DNA of 64,000 nt from an uncultured Oscillospiraceae bacterium (GTDB lineage: Bacteria > Bacillota > Clostridia > Oscillospirales > Oscillospiraceae), in assembly GCA_958423465.1 (NCBI GenBank), contig CATZRD010000006.1, positions 21,712-85,711 on the forward strand. The letters are read 5' to 3'. The position numbers and the translations under genes were made by a program. Positions 17,106 to 29,053 of the stretch are shown piece after piece (the stretch's first letter is position 1; each line of letters begins with the position of its first letter). The notes beneath the pieces are model-generated. The model searched no databases. It was not told where the DNA came from and was given only the letters and a program-made list of their open reading frames with translations.

Positions 17106-18593
17106 ATGGAATATTTGAGCACGAGAGACAAAACCCTGCGCCTCACCGCTGCCCAGGCCATCAAGATGGGCCTCAGCCGGGACGGCGGCCTCTTTACCCC
17201 CGTACAGCTCCCCACCATGGGGGCGCTGGAGGTGGAGGCCCTGCGGGGCATGGACTATCAGGGCCGGGCGGCCTATGTGATGGGGATGTTCCTGACGGAG
17301 TTCACCTCCGAGGAGCTGGAGACCTTCGCCCGCCGGGCCTATGGCCGGGAGAAGTTCGACTGCGACGGCGTGGCCCCCCTGCGCCGGGTGGACGAAACGA
17401 CCTGGTGCCTGGAGCTGTGGCACGGCCCCACCAGCGCCTTTAAGGACATGGCTCTGCAAATGCTGCCCCAGCTTCTGTCCGCCAGTCTGGAAAAGACCGG
17501 GGAGGACAAGACAGCCTGCATCCTGGTGGCCACCTCCGGCGACACCGGCAAGGCGGCCATGGAGGGGTTTGCCGACGTGCGCCAGACCAAGATCCTGGTG
17601 TTCTACCCGGAGAACGGGGTCAGCCAGATCCAGAAGCTCCAGATGGTCACCCAGGAGGGGGCCAACGTGGGGGTCTGCGCCGTCCGGGGCAACTTCGACG
17701 ACGCCCAGAACGGCGTCAAGCGCATCTTCTCCGACCCGGCCATTCGGGAGGAGCTGGCGGGCCGGGGATACTTCCTGTCCTCCGCCAACTCCATCAACTT
17801 CGGGCGCATCCTGCCCCAGGTGGTCTACTATATCTCCGCCTACTGCGACCTGCTGAACGCCGGGGCGGTCCGGCTGGGGGACCGGGTGAACTTCTGCGTG
17901 CCCACCGGCAACTTCGGCAACATCCTGGCGGCCTACTACGCGGAGAAGATGGGCGTCCCCGTGGGGAAGCTCATCTGCGCCTCCAACCGCAACGACGTGC
18001 TGACGGACTTTATCCGCACCGGCGTCTATGACCGCAACCGTCCCTTCCACACCACCATGAGTCCCTCCATGGACATTTTGATCTCCAGCAACCTGGAGCG
18101 GCTGCTGTTCGACCTCTCCGGCGGAGACGACGAGCTGGTCCGGCGCTATATGGCGGATCTGGCGGAGACTGGCCGGTATGAGATCTCGGAGGAGATGCGG
18201 GAAAAGCTCCAGAAGCGGTTCTGGGGCGGCTTCTGCTCCGAGGAGGAGACGTCTGCAACCATCGGCCAGCTGTACCGGGAGCGGGGGTATCTCATCGACA
18301 CCCACACCGCCGTGGCGGCCAAGGTGCTGGCCGATTACCGGCGGGAGACCGGCGACGGCGCTCCCGCGGTGTTCGCCTCCACCGCCAGCCCCTACAAGTT
18401 CTGCGATAGCGTGCTCACCGCCATCGGGGAGGTTCCGGTGGCAGACAGCGTGGACCGCATCGCCCAGCTGGAGGCTGTCACCGGCGTGGCCGCCCCGAAG
18501 CGGCTGGCGGCCCTGAAGGGGAAAGCCCGCCGGTTCGGCGGCGTCGCGGACAGGGAGCGGATGGAGGACGTGGTCCTGGACTTTCTGCGGTAA
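17106..18593 (+). CDS. thrC: threonine synthase
   Basis: PLP-binding TSAFKDMA lysine motif; long-form ThrC length. Confidence 0.85.
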   Translation: MEYLSTRDKTLRLTAAQAIKMGLSRDGGLFTPVQLPTMGALEVEALRGMDYQGRAAYVMGMFLTEFTSEELETFARRAYGREKFDCDGVAPLRRVDETTWCLELWHGPTSAFKDMALQMLPQLLSASLEKTGEDKTACILVATSGDTGKAAMEGFADVRQTKILVFYPENGVSQIQKLQMVTQEGANVGVCAVRGNFDDAQNGVKRIFSDPAIREELAGRGYFLSSANSINFGRILPQVVYYISAYCDLLNAGAVRLGDRVNFCVPTGNFGNILAAYYAEKMGVPVGKLICASNRNDVLTDFIRTGVYDRNRPFHTTMSPSMDILISSNLERLLFDLSGGDDELVRRYMADLAETGRYEISEEMREKLQKRFWGGFCSEEETSATIGQLYRERGYLIDTHTAVAAKVLADYRRETGDGAPAVFASTASPYKFCDSVLTAIGEVPVADSVDRIAQLEAVTGVAAPKRLAALKGKARRFGGVADRERMEDVVLDFLR

Positions 18594-18623
18594 CAGGCAA
18601 GAGCGCCCCTGTGGGGCGGGGAG

Positions 18624-19319
18624 GTGACGCGTTTGGCGCTGTACGCCATTGGGGACCTGCATCTGTCCCTGGCCGGGGACAAGCCGATGGACGTGTTCGG
18701 CCCCGGCTGGGCGGACCATGTCCGCCGGCTGGAGGACGCCTTCTCACAACTGAATGACGGGGACGTGACGGTGCTCTGCGGCGACAGCTCCTGGGGGATG
18801 GACCTCAGCCAGAGCCTGGAGGACTTCCGATTTATGGACCGTCTGCCGGGGAAGAAGCTGCTGGTGAAGGGCAACCACGACTACTGGTGGAACACCGCCT
18901 CCAAGATGAAGCGCTTTTTCGCGGAGCATGAGCTGACCACCCTGGACATCCTCCACAACAACTGCTTTTTCTACGGGGATTACGCCCTGTGCGGCACCCG
19001 GGGTTGGTTCTACGAGGAGGAGGCCACCGGCCGCAACGAGAAGATGCGCGCCCGGGAGGTGGGCCGGCTGGAGGCGTCCCTCCGGGCGGCGGGGGACCGG
19101 CCCGTCCTGGCCTTCCTCCACTATCCGCCGCTGTACACCGGCTACCGCTGCCCGGAGATCGTGGAAAAGCTGGAGGAGTACCACGTGGAGCGGTGCTTCT
19201 ACGGCCACCTCCACGGCTATACCCACCGCCGGGCCATCGAGGGGACCGTGGGCACGGTGGCCTACAGCCTGGTGTCTGCGGACTATCTGCGGTTTGTCCC
19301 AAAAAAAATCCTGGATTAA
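18624..19319 (+). CDS. metallophosphoesterase (calcineurin-like)
   Basis: GDLH, GDSSW, GNHDYWW metal-binding motifs; GTG start. Confidence 0.7.
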   Translation: MTRLALYAIGDLHLSLAGDKPMDVFGPGWADHVRRLEDAFSQLNDGDVTVLCGDSSWGMDLSQSLEDFRFMDRLPGKKLLVKGNHDYWWNTASKMKRFFAEHELTTLDILHNNCFFYGDYALCGTRGWFYEEEATGRNEKMRAREVGRLEASLRAAGDRPVLAFLHYPPLYTGYRCPEIVEKLEEYHVERCFYGHLHGYTHRRAIEGTVGTVAYSLVSADYLRFVPKKILD

Positions 19320-19331
19320 GGAAAAAAGGTC

Positions 19332-19360
19332 TGGAAATTTTCAATTTACTATGGTACAAT
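19332..19360 (+). promoter_or_regulatory. promoter of tig (extended -10 TGgTACAAT)
   Basis: TGGTACAAT at 19352-19360 in AT-rich spacer upstream of tig. Confidence 0.45.
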
Positions 19361-19409
19361 ATTAAGCTGGCTGACTGTGAGAGGCCGACAGTAAACGGAG
19401 GATAGTAAA

Positions 19410-20813
19410 ATGAGTGTGAAAAACTGCGAGAAATTAGAGAAGAGCATGGTCGCGCTGACCGTGGAGGTGAGCGCCGCCGATTTTGAGACCGCTATCGAGA
19501 AGGCCTATCGGAAACAGCGCGGCCGGATCCAGATGCCCGGCTTCCGTCCCGGCAAGGCGCCCCGCAAGATGATCGAGTCCATGTACGGCCCCCAGGTCTT
19601 CTATGAGGAGGCCGTCAATATCGCTCTGCCCGACGCCTACGAGGCCGCCGTCAAGGAGCAGGAGCTGAACGTGGTGGGCTATCCCCAGGTGGAGCTGCTG
19701 GATGTGGGCAAGGAGGGCTTCTCCTTCAAGGCCACCGTGGCCGTGTACCCCGAGGTGACCCTGGGCCAGTACAAGGGCCTGGAGATTCCCCGGGCTGAGG
19801 TGAAGGTCTCCGCCGCCGACGTCACCGCCCGCCTGAAGGAGATGGCCGAGCGCAACAGCCGCATGGCCAGCGTGGACCGCCCGGTGGAGAAGGGCGACAC
19901 TGCCAACATCGATTTCGAGGGCTTTGACCACGGCGTGCCCTTCGACGGCGGCAAGGGCGAGGACCACGATCTGGAGATCGGCTCCGGCAGCTTTGTTCCC
20001 GGCTTTGAGGATCAGCTCATCGGTATGTCCGCCGGCGAGGAGAAGGATATCGACATCACCTTCCCCGAGAACTACCACGAGAGCCTGGCCGGCAAGGCCG
20101 TTGTCTTCCATGTGAAGGTCAACGCCGTGAAGGTCAAGGAGGTCCCCGCCATCGACGACGAGTTCGCCAAGGACGTCAGCGAGTTCGACACCCTGGCCGA
20201 GCTGAAGAAGGACGTGAAGGCCAAGCTCACCGCCGAGCGGGAGGAGGCCGCCAAGCAGGCCTTTGAGGATATCGCCATGGAGAAGGTGGCCGAGGGCATC
20301 ACCGCCGACATCCCCGACGCCATGGTGGACGAGCAGGCCGCCGCTCTGGTGGAGAATTTCAAGCGCCAGGTCCAGTCCCAGGGCATCTCCTACGAGCAGT
20401 ACCTGAAGATGACCGGCGTGGACGAGAAGGCCATGGCGGAGCAGGCCCATGAGCCCGCCCTGCGGCAGGTGCGGATGGATCTGGCTCTGGCCGCCGTCAT
20501 CAAGGCCGAGGGCATCGAGGCCGCCGACGAGGACGTGGAGGCGGAGTACGCCAGAATGGCCAAGCAGTACGGCATGGAGGCCGATCAGCTGAAGAAGTAC
20601 ATCGACGCCGGCATGGTCCGCGAGCAGGTGCTGCGGAGCAAGGCCATCGCCGTCGTGGTGGACAGCGCCGTGGCGGTGAAGCCCGCCGAGGACGGAGAGG
20701 AGAAGCCCAAGGCCAAAAAGACCGCCAAGAAGGCCAAGAAGGCTGAGGACGCTGAGACCGCCGAGAACGTCGAGGCTCCCGACGGGGAGACCGCTCCGGA
20801 GGCCCAGGCGTAA
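19410..20813 (+). CDS. tig: trigger factor
   Basis: Full-length trigger factor with GFRPGKAP motif. Confidence 0.9.
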   Translation: MSVKNCEKLEKSMVALTVEVSAADFETAIEKAYRKQRGRIQMPGFRPGKAPRKMIESMYGPQVFYEEAVNIALPDAYEAAVKEQELNVVGYPQVELLDVGKEGFSFKATVAVYPEVTLGQYKGLEIPRAEVKVSAADVTARLKEMAERNSRMASVDRPVEKGDTANIDFEGFDHGVPFDGGKGEDHDLEIGSGSFVPGFEDQLIGMSAGEEKDIDITFPENYHESLAGKAVVFHVKVNAVKVKEVPAIDDEFAKDVSEFDTLAELKKDVKAKLTAEREEAAKQAFEDIAMEKVAEGITADIPDAMVDEQAAALVENFKRQVQSQGISYEQYLKMTGVDEKAMAEQAHEPALRQVRMDLALAAVIKAEGIEAADEDVEAEYARMAKQYGMEADQLKKYIDAGMVREQVLRSKAIAVVVDSAVAVKPAEDGEEKPKAKKTAKKAKKAEDAETAENVEAPDGETAPEAQA

Positions 20814-20950
20814 AAGAGCCGGGAGAAACCGCGCCCAGGTATGAAACAGGCCGGAACCTGGATATGATAGCCGGAGAGGGGCCGAAGGGCCCGTGTGTGG
20901 GTTCCGCCGCGGCGCGGCGGGGGAGAGTTCCTTTATTTCATCAGGAGGTT

Positions 20951-21548
20951 TATGACTATGAGTTTGGTTCCCTATGTTGTGGAGCAGACCAGCCGGGGCG
21001 AGCGTTCCTACGATATTTTTTCCCGGCTGCTCAATGACCGCATCGTCTTTCTGGGAGAAGAGGTGAACTCCGCCTCCGCCAGCATCGTGGTGGCTGAGCT
21101 GCTGTATCTGGAGGCCCAGGACCCGGATAAGGACATCCAGATGTATATCAACAGCCCCGGCGGCTCCATCACCGACGGCATGGCCATCTACGACACCATG
21201 CAGTATATCAAGTGCGACGTGTCCACCATCTGCGTGGGCATGGCGGCCTCCATGGCGTCCTTCCTGCTGGCCGCCGGCGCCAAGGGCAAGCGGCTGGCTC
21301 TGCCCAACAGCGAGATCCTCATCCACCAGCCCCTCATTGGCGGCGGCGGGATCTCCGGCCAGACCACCGACGTGAAGATCCACGCCGACCACCTGGTCTA
21401 TACCCGGGAGAAGATGAACCGCCTGCTGAGCCAGATGACCGGGCAGAGCCTGGAGACCATCCAGCGGGATACGGAGCGGGACAACTATCTGACCGCCCAG
21501 CAGGCCCTGGACTACGGCCTGGTGGACAAGGTGATCGCGAACCGGTAA
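20951..21548 (+). CDS. clpP: ATP-dependent Clp protease proteolytic subunit
   Basis: ClpP catalytic triad context ([10 protein letters not shown]); CAGGAGG RBS. Confidence 0.9.
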
Positions 21549-21574
21549 GCCCGGTAGGAGGACAAGAGGAACTC

Positions 21575-22846
21575 ATGAGCGAAGAAACAAAGCGGACCCT
21601 GCGGTGCAGCTTCTGCGGCCGCCGGGAGAACGAGGTCCATCGGATGTTCAACGGCGGCATGGGCGGCTGTATCTGCGACGAGTGCGTCCAGCTGTGCATG
21701 AGCCTGATGGCCGACGACGCCGACCGCCCCGTGCTCCAGGGGGAGGCCCCGGAGCGTCTGCCCACCCCCCGGGAGATCAAGGAGGTCCTGGATCAGTACG
21801 TCATCGGTCAGGAGAGCGCCAAGGTGGCCCTGAGCGTGTCGGTCTATAACCACTACAAGCGGATCTACTACGGCGGCGGCGAGGATGTGGAGCTGCAGAA
21901 GAGCAATATCCTGATGATCGGCCCCACGGGCAGCGGCAAGACCCTCTTTGCCCAGACCCTGGCCCGGGTGCTTCAGGTGCCCTTTGCCATCGCCGACGCC
22001 ACCACCCTTACCGAGGCGGGCTATGTGGGCGACGACGTGGAGAATATTTTGCTGCGGCTGCTCCAGGCGGCGGACTACGACGTGGACCTGGCGGAGCGGG
22101 GCATCATCTATGTGGACGAGATCGACAAGATCGCCCGCAAGAGCGAGAATACCTCCATCACCCGGGACGTCAGCGGCGAGGGCGTGCAGCAGGCCCTGCT
22201 GAAGATCCTGGAGGGCACGGTGGCCAATGTTCCCCCCCAGGGCGGCCGCAAGCACCCCCACCAGGAGTTCATTCAGATCAATACCCGGAACATTCTGTTT
22301 ATCTGCGGCGGCGCCTTCGACGGCATCGACAAGATCATCGAGCGGCGCACCGACAAGCGGGGCATCGGCTTTGATTCCCAGCTCCAGTCCAAGAAGGAGC
22401 GGGATCTGGGCGCCATCCTCAAGGAGGTGCAGCCCCACGACCTGCTGAAATTCGGCATCATCCCCGAGCTGGTGGGCCGCCTGCCGGTGATCGCGCCCCT
22501 GGACTCCCTGAAGCGGGAGGATCTGGTGCGGATCCTGACCGAGCCGAAAAACGCCCTGGTGCGGCAGTATGAGAAGCTCTTCAGCTACGATCATGTGGAG
22601 CTGGAGTTTGCCGCGGGCGCGCTGGAGGCGGTGGCGGACAAGGCCGTGGAGCGCAACATCGGCGCCCGGGGCCTCCGGGCTGTCATGGAGGGCATCCTGA
22701 CGGAGATCATGTTCGATATCCCCTCCGATCCCACCGTGGAGAAGGTGGTGGTGACGCCCGCCTGCGTCCGGGGAGAGCGGGGGCCGGACATCGTTCGGGG
22801 CCAGAGCCGGGAGCAGCGCCTCCCCAACCGGGGCACCGCCTCCTGA
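21575..22846 (+). CDS. clpX: ATP-dependent Clp protease ATP-binding subunit ClpX
   Basis: N-terminal Zn finger CSFCG...CDEC; Walker A GPTGSGKT. Confidence 0.9.
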   Translation: MSEETKRTLRCSFCGRRENEVHRMFNGGMGGCICDECVQLCMSLMADDADRPVLQGEAPERLPTPREIKEVLDQYVIGQESAKVALSVSVYNHYKRIYYGGGEDVELQKSNILMIGPTGSGKTLFAQTLARVLQVPFAIADATTLTEAGYVGDDVENILLRLLQAADYDVDLAERGIIYVDEIDKIARKSENTSITRDVSGEGVQQALLKILEGTVANVPPQGGRKHPHQEFIQINTRNILFICGGAFDGIDKIIERRTDKRGIGFDSQLQSKKERDLGAILKEVQPHDLLKFGIIPELVGRLPVIAPLDSLKREDLVRILTEPKNALVRQYEKLFSYDHVELEFAAGALEAVADKAVERNIGARGLRAVMEGILTEIMFDIPSDPTVEKVVVTPACVRGERGPDIVRGQSREQRLPNRGTAS

Positions 22847-22917
22847 CGGCTTCAAAAAGGTAACACGGAAAGGGGGGCGTGCCGCGTCCCCCTTTCCTGA
22901 TGAAGGAGACCCAAGCT

Positions 22918-25317
22918 ATGGAACATACCAATCAGAATTTACCCATCCTGGCGCTGCGGGGACTGACTATCTTCCCCGGCTGTATCCTCAGCTTTGACGT
23001 GGAGCGGGAGATATCCATCCGCGCTCTGGAGCGGGCCATGGAGTCCGACCAGCGGATCTTCCTGGTGGCCCAGCGGGAGGCCGGGGTCCAGATCCCCGGG
23101 GAGGACGACCTGTACGCTGTGGGCACCGTATCCGTGGTGCGTCAGATCCTGCGGGTCAGCGAGACCGCCGTCCGGGTGATGATGGAGGGCCGCGCCCGGG
23201 CCCGGCTGCGCCGGCTGTGGCAGTCGGAGCCGTACCTTCAGGGCAACGTGGAGCTGCTGGCGGAGGGCGGGACCCATGTGGCGGAGAACCACCTGGAGGC
23301 CCTGCTGCGCCAGACCTATACCAATTTCAACGAGTACGCATCCCAGGCCCCCCGGATGAACGGCGACGTGGTCTCCGCGGTGCTGGAGGACCGGGACCCG
23401 GGACATCTGGCGGACTTTATCGCCCAGAACATCCCCCTGCGCCATCAGGACAAGCAGGCCGTTCTGGAGGAGCTGCGCCCCGTCATCCGCCTCAGAAAGG
23501 TCAACGAGCTGCTGGCCCGGGAGGCGGAGGTCCTCTCCTGTGAGCAGGAGCTGGAGGGCAAGATCCGCCGCCAGCTGGGCCAGGTCCAGCGGGACCATAT
23601 CATCCGGGAGCAGATCCGCCTGCTCCAGCAGGAGCTGGGGGAGGACGAGAACAGCGAGCTGGACGAGTACCGGGACCGGATCGGCCAGCTGAAGCTCACC
23701 GAGGAGGTCCGCGGCAAGCTCCTCAAAGAGGTGGACCGGCTGGCCAAGCAGCCCTTCGCCAGCGCCGAGGCGTCGGTGATCCGCAACTATCTGGACGTGT
23801 GCCTGGAGATGCCCTGGGGCGTGGAGACCCGGGAGCGGGCCAGCGTGGCCGCCGCCAAAAAGATCCTGGACCGGGACCACTTCGGCCTTGAGAAGGTGAA
23901 GGAGCGCATCCTGGAGTTCATCGCCGTGCGCCAGCGGAACCCGGAGGCCAAAGGCCAGATCATCTGTCTGGTGGGACCTCCCGGCGTGGGCAAGACCTCC
24001 GTGGCCATTTCCGTGGCCAGGGCGCTGAACCGGAAGCTGGCCCGGCTGAGTCTGGGCGGCGTCCGGGACGAGGCGGACATCCGGGGCCACCGCAAGACCT
24101 ATGTGGGGGCCATGCCCGGCCGCATCGTCACCGCCATTGCCCAGAGCGGTACGATGAACCCCCTGCTGCTGCTGGATGAGATCGACAAAATGGGCAGCGA
24201 CTACCGGGGGGACCCCTCCGCCGCTATGCTGGAGGTGCTGGACAGCGAGCAGAACTACGCCTTCCGGGACCATTTCCTGGAGATCCCCCTGGACCTGCGG
24301 AAGGTGCTGTTCATCACCACCGCCAACACCACCTCCACCATTCCCCGGCCTCTGCTGGATCGGATGGAGGTCATTGAGCTGGGCAGCTACACCGATGAGG
24401 AAAAGCTGGCCATCGCCAAACAGTACCTGCTGCCCAAGCAGATGAAGGAGCACGGCCTGACCCGGAACAGCCTGCGGGTCAGCGACGAGGCCATCCGGGC
24501 CGTGATCTCCGGCTATACCCGGGAGTCCGGGGTCCGCTCCCTGGAGCGGCAGATGGCCGCCCTGTGCCGCAAGGCGGATATGCGTCTGGTGACAGGACCT
24601 GTAAAGCGAATTACCGTTACAGAGAATGATCTGGAGGACTTTCTGGGTGTCCGGCGGTTTCTGCCTCCGGCGCTGGAGAGGGACCCGGTGGGCGTGGTCA
24701 ACGGCCTGGCCTGGACCGAGGTGGGCGGCGAGCTGCTGGAGGTGGAGGTCAATGTGATGGACGGCTCCGGCAAGCTGGAGCTCACCGGGAACCTGGGGGA
24801 TGTGATGAAGGAGTCCGCCCACGCCGCCATCAGCTGCATCCGCAGCCGGGCGGGCCAGCTGGGGATAGACCCGGACTTCTATAAGACCCGGGACATCCAC
24901 ATCCACTTCCCGGAGGGAGCGGTGCCCAAGGACGGACCCTCCGCCGGAATTGCCATCACCACCGCCGTGGTCTCCGCTCTCACAGACCGGCGGGTCCGCT
25001 CCGACGTGGCCATGACCGGCGAGGTGACCCTTCGGGGCCGGGTGCTGGCCATCGGCGGCCTGAAGGAAAAGACCATGGCGGCCAAGCGCAGCGGCATCCG
25101 CACGGTGATCCTTCCCCGGGAAAACCAGCGGGATCTGGCGGACATCGACCCGGTGGTCCGACAGAGCCTGCGCTTCGTGCCGGTGGACGATGTGGGCGCC
25201 GTGCTGGCGGAGGCCCTGTGTCCCGTCCAGGCCCAGCCGCCCCAGAAAGAGGAGACGCAGGCCGTCCCATTCCTTGTTTCATCTGGGACTGTAAAGGAAA
25301 ATCCCTTGTGTCAGTAA
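22918..25317 (+). CDS. lon: ATP-dependent protease Lon
   Basis: Walker [10 protein letters not shown], Ser-Lys dyad region [10 protein letters not shown]; ATG 22918 after GAAGGAGA RBS. Confidence 0.9.
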   Translation: MEHTNQNLPILALRGLTIFPGCILSFDVEREISIRALERAMESDQRIFLVAQREAGVQIPGEDDLYAVGTVSVVRQILRVSETAVRVMMEGRARARLRRLWQSEPYLQGNVELLAEGGTHVAENHLEALLRQTYTNFNEYASQAPRMNGDVVSAVLEDRDPGHLADFIAQNIPLRHQDKQAVLEELRPVIRLRKVNELLAREAEVLSCEQELEGKIRRQLGQVQRDHIIREQIRLLQQELGEDENSELDEYRDRIGQLKLTEEVRGKLLKEVDRLAKQPFASAEASVIRNYLDVCLEMPWGVETRERASVAAAKKILDRDHFGLEKVKERILEFIAVRQRNPEAKGQIICLVGPPGVGKTSVAISVARALNRKLARLSLGGVRDEADIRGHRKTYVGAMPGRIVTAIAQSGTMNPLLLLDEIDKMGSDYRGDPSAAMLEVLDSEQNYAFRDHFLEIPLDLRKVLFITTANTTSTIPRPLLDRMEVIELGSYTDEEKLAIAKQYLLPKQMKEHGLTRNSLRVSDEAIRAVISGYTRESGVRSLERQMAALCRKADMRLVTGPVKRITVTENDLEDFLGVRRFLPPALERDPVGVVNGLAWTEVGGELLEVEVNVMDGSGKLELTGNLGDVMKESAHAAISCIRSRAGQLGIDPDFYKTRDIHIHFPEGAVPKDGPSAGIAITTAVVSALTDRRVRSDVAMTGEVTLRGRVLAIGGLKEKTMAAKRSGIRTVILPRENQRDLADIDPVVRQSLRFVPVDDVGAVLAEALCPVQAQPPQKEETQAVPFLVSSGTVKENPLCQ

Positions 25318-25371
25318 GACTACATAACCGCCGCCGGCGGTCCGCTGCCGCGGGAGAAAGGAGACCCGCTT

Positions 25372-25962
25372 ATGGCGATCAACTTTCAAAAGACTGACTT
25401 TGTGCTCTCCGCCGCCGGGCCGGAGGCGTTTCTCCGGGACGGACGGCCCCAGATCGCCTTTGCCGGCCGGTCCAATGTGGGGAAAAGCTCGGTCATCAAC
25501 CGCCTGGTGAATCGAAAGAACTTCGCCCGGGTGGGGGCCTCCCCGGGAAAGACCGCCCAGATCAACTACTTCCGGGTGGACGGCGCGGCCTATCTGGTGG
25601 ATCTGCCGGGGTACGGCTACGCCAAGGTCTCCAAGGCGGAGCGGGACCGGTGGGGCCGGCTGATGGAGGCGTACTTCGCCTCTGGCCTCATCACGCTGGG
25701 GGTCATGATCGTGGACGCCCGGCACAAGCCCACCGCCGACGACGTGACCATGGCGAATTGGTTCTATGACACCGGCTGCCCGCTGATCGTGGCGGCCAAC
25801 AAGCTGGACAAGCTGAAAAAGCGGGAGATCGAGCCGAATATGGCCCTGATTCGAAAGACCCTCTCCCTGCGGGAGGGGGACGTACTGGTGCCCTTCTCCG
25901 CGGAGACCGGCGACGGCAGGGAGGAGCTGCTGGCTCTGCTGGAGCGGGCGCTGGAGAGCTGA
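25372..25962 (+). CDS. engB: ribosome biogenesis GTP-binding protein YsxC/EngB
   Basis: GRSNVGKSS G1 motif; conserved lon-ysxC neighbourhood. Confidence 0.85.
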   Translation: MAINFQKTDFVLSAAGPEAFLRDGRPQIAFAGRSNVGKSSVINRLVNRKNFARVGASPGKTAQINYFRVDGAAYLVDLPGYGYAKVSKAERDRWGRLMEAYFASGLITLGVMIVDARHKPTADDVTMANWFYDTGCPLIVAANKLDKLKKREIEPNMALIRKTLSLREGDVLVPFSAETGDGREELLALLERALES

Positions 25963-25973
25963 CGGCGGCGCGA

Positions 25974-26004
25974 GGACAGACGGCGGAGGGCCGTCTGTCC
26001 TTTT
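25974..26004 (+). terminator. Rho-independent terminator after engB
   Basis: GGACAGACGGC/GCCGTCTGTCC stem followed by TTTT. Confidence 0.8.
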
Positions 26005-26157
26005 CCTTATGGCGGGGAGCGGGCCATTCGACAGAAGCAGCGAAGAAATTTCCGGTGTTCTGACAAAATTTACAAATACTACTTTTCAAACGCGTCAAAA
26101 TATATTAGAATAGAGGACAGTGCAAAGCCCCAAAACGACGAGCATAGGAGGTCCCCC

Positions 26158-26886
26158 ATGGAGGAACCAAAATATAAGCGGGTGCTGCTGAAGATCAGCG
26201 GCGAGGCCCTGGCCGGGGAGAAGCATTTCGGCCTGGATTTCGAGGTCATCGGCCGGGTGTGCGACGCCATCAAGGAGGCCGTTGCCATGGGCGTCCAGGT
26301 GGGCGTCGTGGTGGGCGGCGGCAACTTCTGGCGGGGCGTCAAGGACGGCGGCGGCCGCATGGAGCGGACCCGGGCCGACCACATGGGCATGATGGCCACG
26401 GTGATGAACGCCCTGGCGGTGGCGGACGTGCTGGAGCAGAAGAACGTCCCCGTCCGGGTCCAGACCGCCGTGGAGATGCGGGCTATGGCGGAGCCCTACA
26501 TCCGGGGCCGGGCCATCAGCCATCTGGAGAAGGGCCGGGTGGTGATCTTCGGCTGCGGCACCGGCAACCCCTACTTTTCCACGGACACGGCTGCGGTGCT
26601 GCGGGCGGCGGAGATCAACGCCGACGTGATCCTGCTGGCCAAGAATGTGGACGGCGTCTACAGCGCCGACCCCAACAAGGACCCCGGCGCTGTGAAATAC
26701 GACGCCATCAGCTACGACGACGTGCTGGCCCAGCATCTGGCGGTGATGGATACCACCGCTACCAGCCTCTCTATGGATAACCACATCCCCGTGCTGCTGT
26801 TCGCGCTGAAGGACCCCTATAATATCATCCGCGCCCTGAAGGGCGAGAAGATCGGGACCATTGTGAAGGAGGACGTGAAGCAATGA
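26158..26886 (+). CDS. pyrH: UMP kinase
   Basis: KISGEAL and GGGNFWRG motifs. Confidence 0.9.
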   Translation: MEEPKYKRVLLKISGEALAGEKHFGLDFEVIGRVCDAIKEAVAMGVQVGVVVGGGNFWRGVKDGGGRMERTRADHMGMMATVMNALAVADVLEQKNVPVRVQTAVEMRAMAEPYIRGRAISHLEKGRVVIFGCGTGNPYFSTDTAAVLRAAEINADVILLAKNVDGVYSADPNKDPGAVKYDAISYDDVLAQHLAVMDTTATSLSMDNHIPVLLFALKDPYNIIRALKGEKIGTIVKEDVKQ

Positions 26887-27437
26887 AAAGCGAGTATAAG
26901 GTCTATGAGGACAAAATGAAGAAATCCGTGGAGTCTGTGGCGTCGGACTTTGCCGCCGTCCGGGCCGGCCGGGCCAACGCCGCGGTGCTGGATCGGATCA
27001 CGGTGGACTACTACGGTACGCCTACCCCCATCCATCAGATCGCCTCCATCGGCTCTCCCGACCCCCGCACGCTGACCATCCAGCCCTGGGACGCCAGCGC
27101 GCTGAAGCTGATTAACAAGGCCATCCAGGAGTCCGACCTGGGCATCAATCCCCAGAACGACGGCCGGGTCATCCGCCTGGCTTTCCCACAGCTGACGGAG
27201 GAGCGCCGTAAGGAGCTGGTCAAGCAGGTGGCCAAGTACGCCGAGGGCGGCAAGGTGGCCATCCGCAACATCCGCCGGGACGCGGTGGAGAAGTTCAAGG
27301 CCCAGAAAAAGAACGGCGATATCACCGAGGACGATATGAAGATCGCCGAGAAGGACATCCAGAAGCTCACCGACGATATGTGCAAGGAGATCGACGCCCT
27401 GCAGGAGAAGAAGGAGAAGGAGCTGCTGGCGGTGTGA
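26883..27437 (+). CDS. frr: ribosome recycling factor
   Basis: Full-length Frr; start overlaps pyrH stop. Confidence 0.9.
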   Translation: MKSEYKVYEDKMKKSVESVASDFAAVRAGRANAAVLDRITVDYYGTPTPIHQIASIGSPDPRTLTIQPWDASALKLINKAIQESDLGINPQNDGRVIRLAFPQLTEERRKELVKQVAKYAEGGKVAIRNIRRDAVEKFKAQKKNGDITEDDMKIAEKDIQKLTDDMCKEIDALQEKKEKELLAV

Positions 27438-27455
27438 GCCGGCCTGGAGAAACGG

Positions 27456-28214
27456 ATGAGGTTCGCTTTTTGGAAGAAGGGCGATGATAGGGCGGGGCAG
27501 GTGGATTTCGACCGTCTGCCCCGCCACATCGCTATCATATTGGACGGCAACGGCCGCTGGGCCCAGCGTAAGGCGCTGCCCCGCACCGCGGGACATAAGG
27601 CGGGGGCGGAGACCTTCCGTACCATCGCCACCTACTGCCGGGACATCGGCATCCAGTATCTCACGGTGTACGCCTTTTCCACGGAGAACTGGAAGCGGCC
27701 CGCCGACGAGGTGGAGACCATCATGGCGCTTTTAAAGCGCTATCTGCTGGAGGCCATCGACACCATGGAGCGGGACAATGTGCGCCTGCGCTTCATGGGG
27801 GATATGTCGCCCCTCAGCGGCGAGCTGAAGGGTCTGGTGGACCGGTGCAACGCCATCTCCGACCGCCTTACCGGCTGTCAGTGTAATATCTGCATCAACT
27901 ACGGCGGCAGGGCGGAGATCGTCCACGGGGCCCAGGCTTTTGCCAGAGCCTGCGCCTCGGGGACTGTAAAGCCTGAGGACCTGACGGAGGAAGGGTTCGA
28001 ACGCTACCTCTATTCCGCCGGGATTCCCTCCCCGGAGCTGCTGATCCGCCCCGGCGGAGAGCAGCGGCTGAGCAATTTCCTCCTGTGGCAGTGCGCCTAC
28101 GCGGAGTTTTACTTCACCGACGTGCTGTGGCCCGATTTCACCCGGGAGGAGCTGCTGCGGGCCATTGCCTCCTATCAGCATAGAGACAGAAGATTCGGAG
28201 GAATCAAACGATGA
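27456..28214 (+). CDS. uppS: isoprenyl transferase (undecaprenyl diphosphate synthase)
   Basis: HIAIILDGNGRWA and downstream cis-prenyltransferase motifs. Confidence 0.9.
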   Translation: MRFAFWKKGDDRAGQVDFDRLPRHIAIILDGNGRWAQRKALPRTAGHKAGAETFRTIATYCRDIGIQYLTVYAFSTENWKRPADEVETIMALLKRYLLEAIDTMERDNVRLRFMGDMSPLSGELKGLVDRCNAISDRLTGCQCNICINYGGRAEIVHGAQAFARACASGTVKPEDLTEEGFERYLYSAGIPSPELLIRPGGEQRLSNFLLWQCAYAEFYFTDVLWPDFTREELLRAIASYQHRDRRFGGIKR

Positions 28215-29014
28215 CATCCTTACAGTCCCGGCTGCTGGTATCGGCCATCGGCGTGCCCCTGATCCTGGTGCTCATCCTGTGGGCGCCGCTGTGGGCGCTG
28301 GCGGCTGCCCTGATGGCCCTGGCGGGAATCGCGGCCTGGGAGCTGCTGAACTGCGTGGGCGCCGGGAAGATGGGCTTTCTGCGGAACCTGTCCATCCTGG
28401 GGGCGCTGTACGCGGTGGCCGAAGCCTATCGGAACGACCCGTTCTACATCCTGGCCCTGGCGGTGATCGTTCTGCTGATCTTTGGCTATGCCGTGGTCAG
28501 GGGGGGCGAGGTGAAGTTCCAGCATATCGCCGCCGCGCTGCTGGCCGTTTTTGCCATCCCCTATGCCTTCTCCGCCTTTCTGTGGCTGGACGCGGCGGGG
28601 TATCACCGGGGCTTTCTGCTGCTGCCCCTGATTTTCAGCTTCGGAAGCGACACCTTCGCCTACTTCGCGGGCAACGCCTTGGGCCGGCACAAGCTGGCCC
28701 CCCGGGTCAGCCCCCACAAGACGGTGGAGGGAGCTGTGGGCGGTCTGCTGGGCAACGCCCTGTGCGGCGTCGTGTTCGCTCTGGTCATGAACACCTGGTT
28801 CGACCACACCATCAGCTATGTGGGCATCGCCCTGCTGGGGCTGATTCTCAGCGCCGTGGCCCAGCTGGGGGACCTGAGCTTTTCCCTCATCAAGCGGGAG
28901 TTCGGCGTGAAGGACTACGGCAGGATCTTTCTGGCCCACGGCGGCGTGCTGGACCGGTTTGACAGTGTGATCTTCGTGGCGCCCACCCTGGCGCTGCTGG
29001 TGGCGCTGCTGTGA
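28211..29014 (+). CDS. cdsA: phosphatidate cytidylyltransferase
   Basis: Multi-TM CdsA with C-terminal CDP-DAG synthase signature (FKREFGVKDYG...GGVLDRFDS). Confidence 0.85.
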   Translation: MTSLQSRLLVSAIGVPLILVLILWAPLWALAAALMALAGIAAWELLNCVGAGKMGFLRNLSILGALYAVAEAYRNDPFYILALAVIVLLIFGYAVVRGGEVKFQHIAAALLAVFAIPYAFSAFLWLDAAGYHRGFLLLPLIFSFGSDTFAYFAGNALGRHKLAPRVSPHKTVEGAVGGLLGNALCGVVFALVMNTWFDHTISYVGIALLGLILSAVAQLGDLSFSLIKREFGVKDYGRIFLAHGGVLDRFDSVIFVAPTLALLVALL

Positions 29015-29053
29015 CAGGACAGCGGGCTCCGGACTGCGTGTAAGGAGAACAGA

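Noticed and set aside
20814-20950. Possible CtsR operator upstream of clpP
   Set aside because: No GGTCAAA-type heptad repeats visible; cannot support a CtsR box from sequence alone
19434-21392. 652-aa ORF antisense to tig/clpP
   Set aside because: Antisense to universally conserved genes
22939-24906. 655-aa ORF antisense to lon
   Set aside because: Antisense to lon; low-complexity
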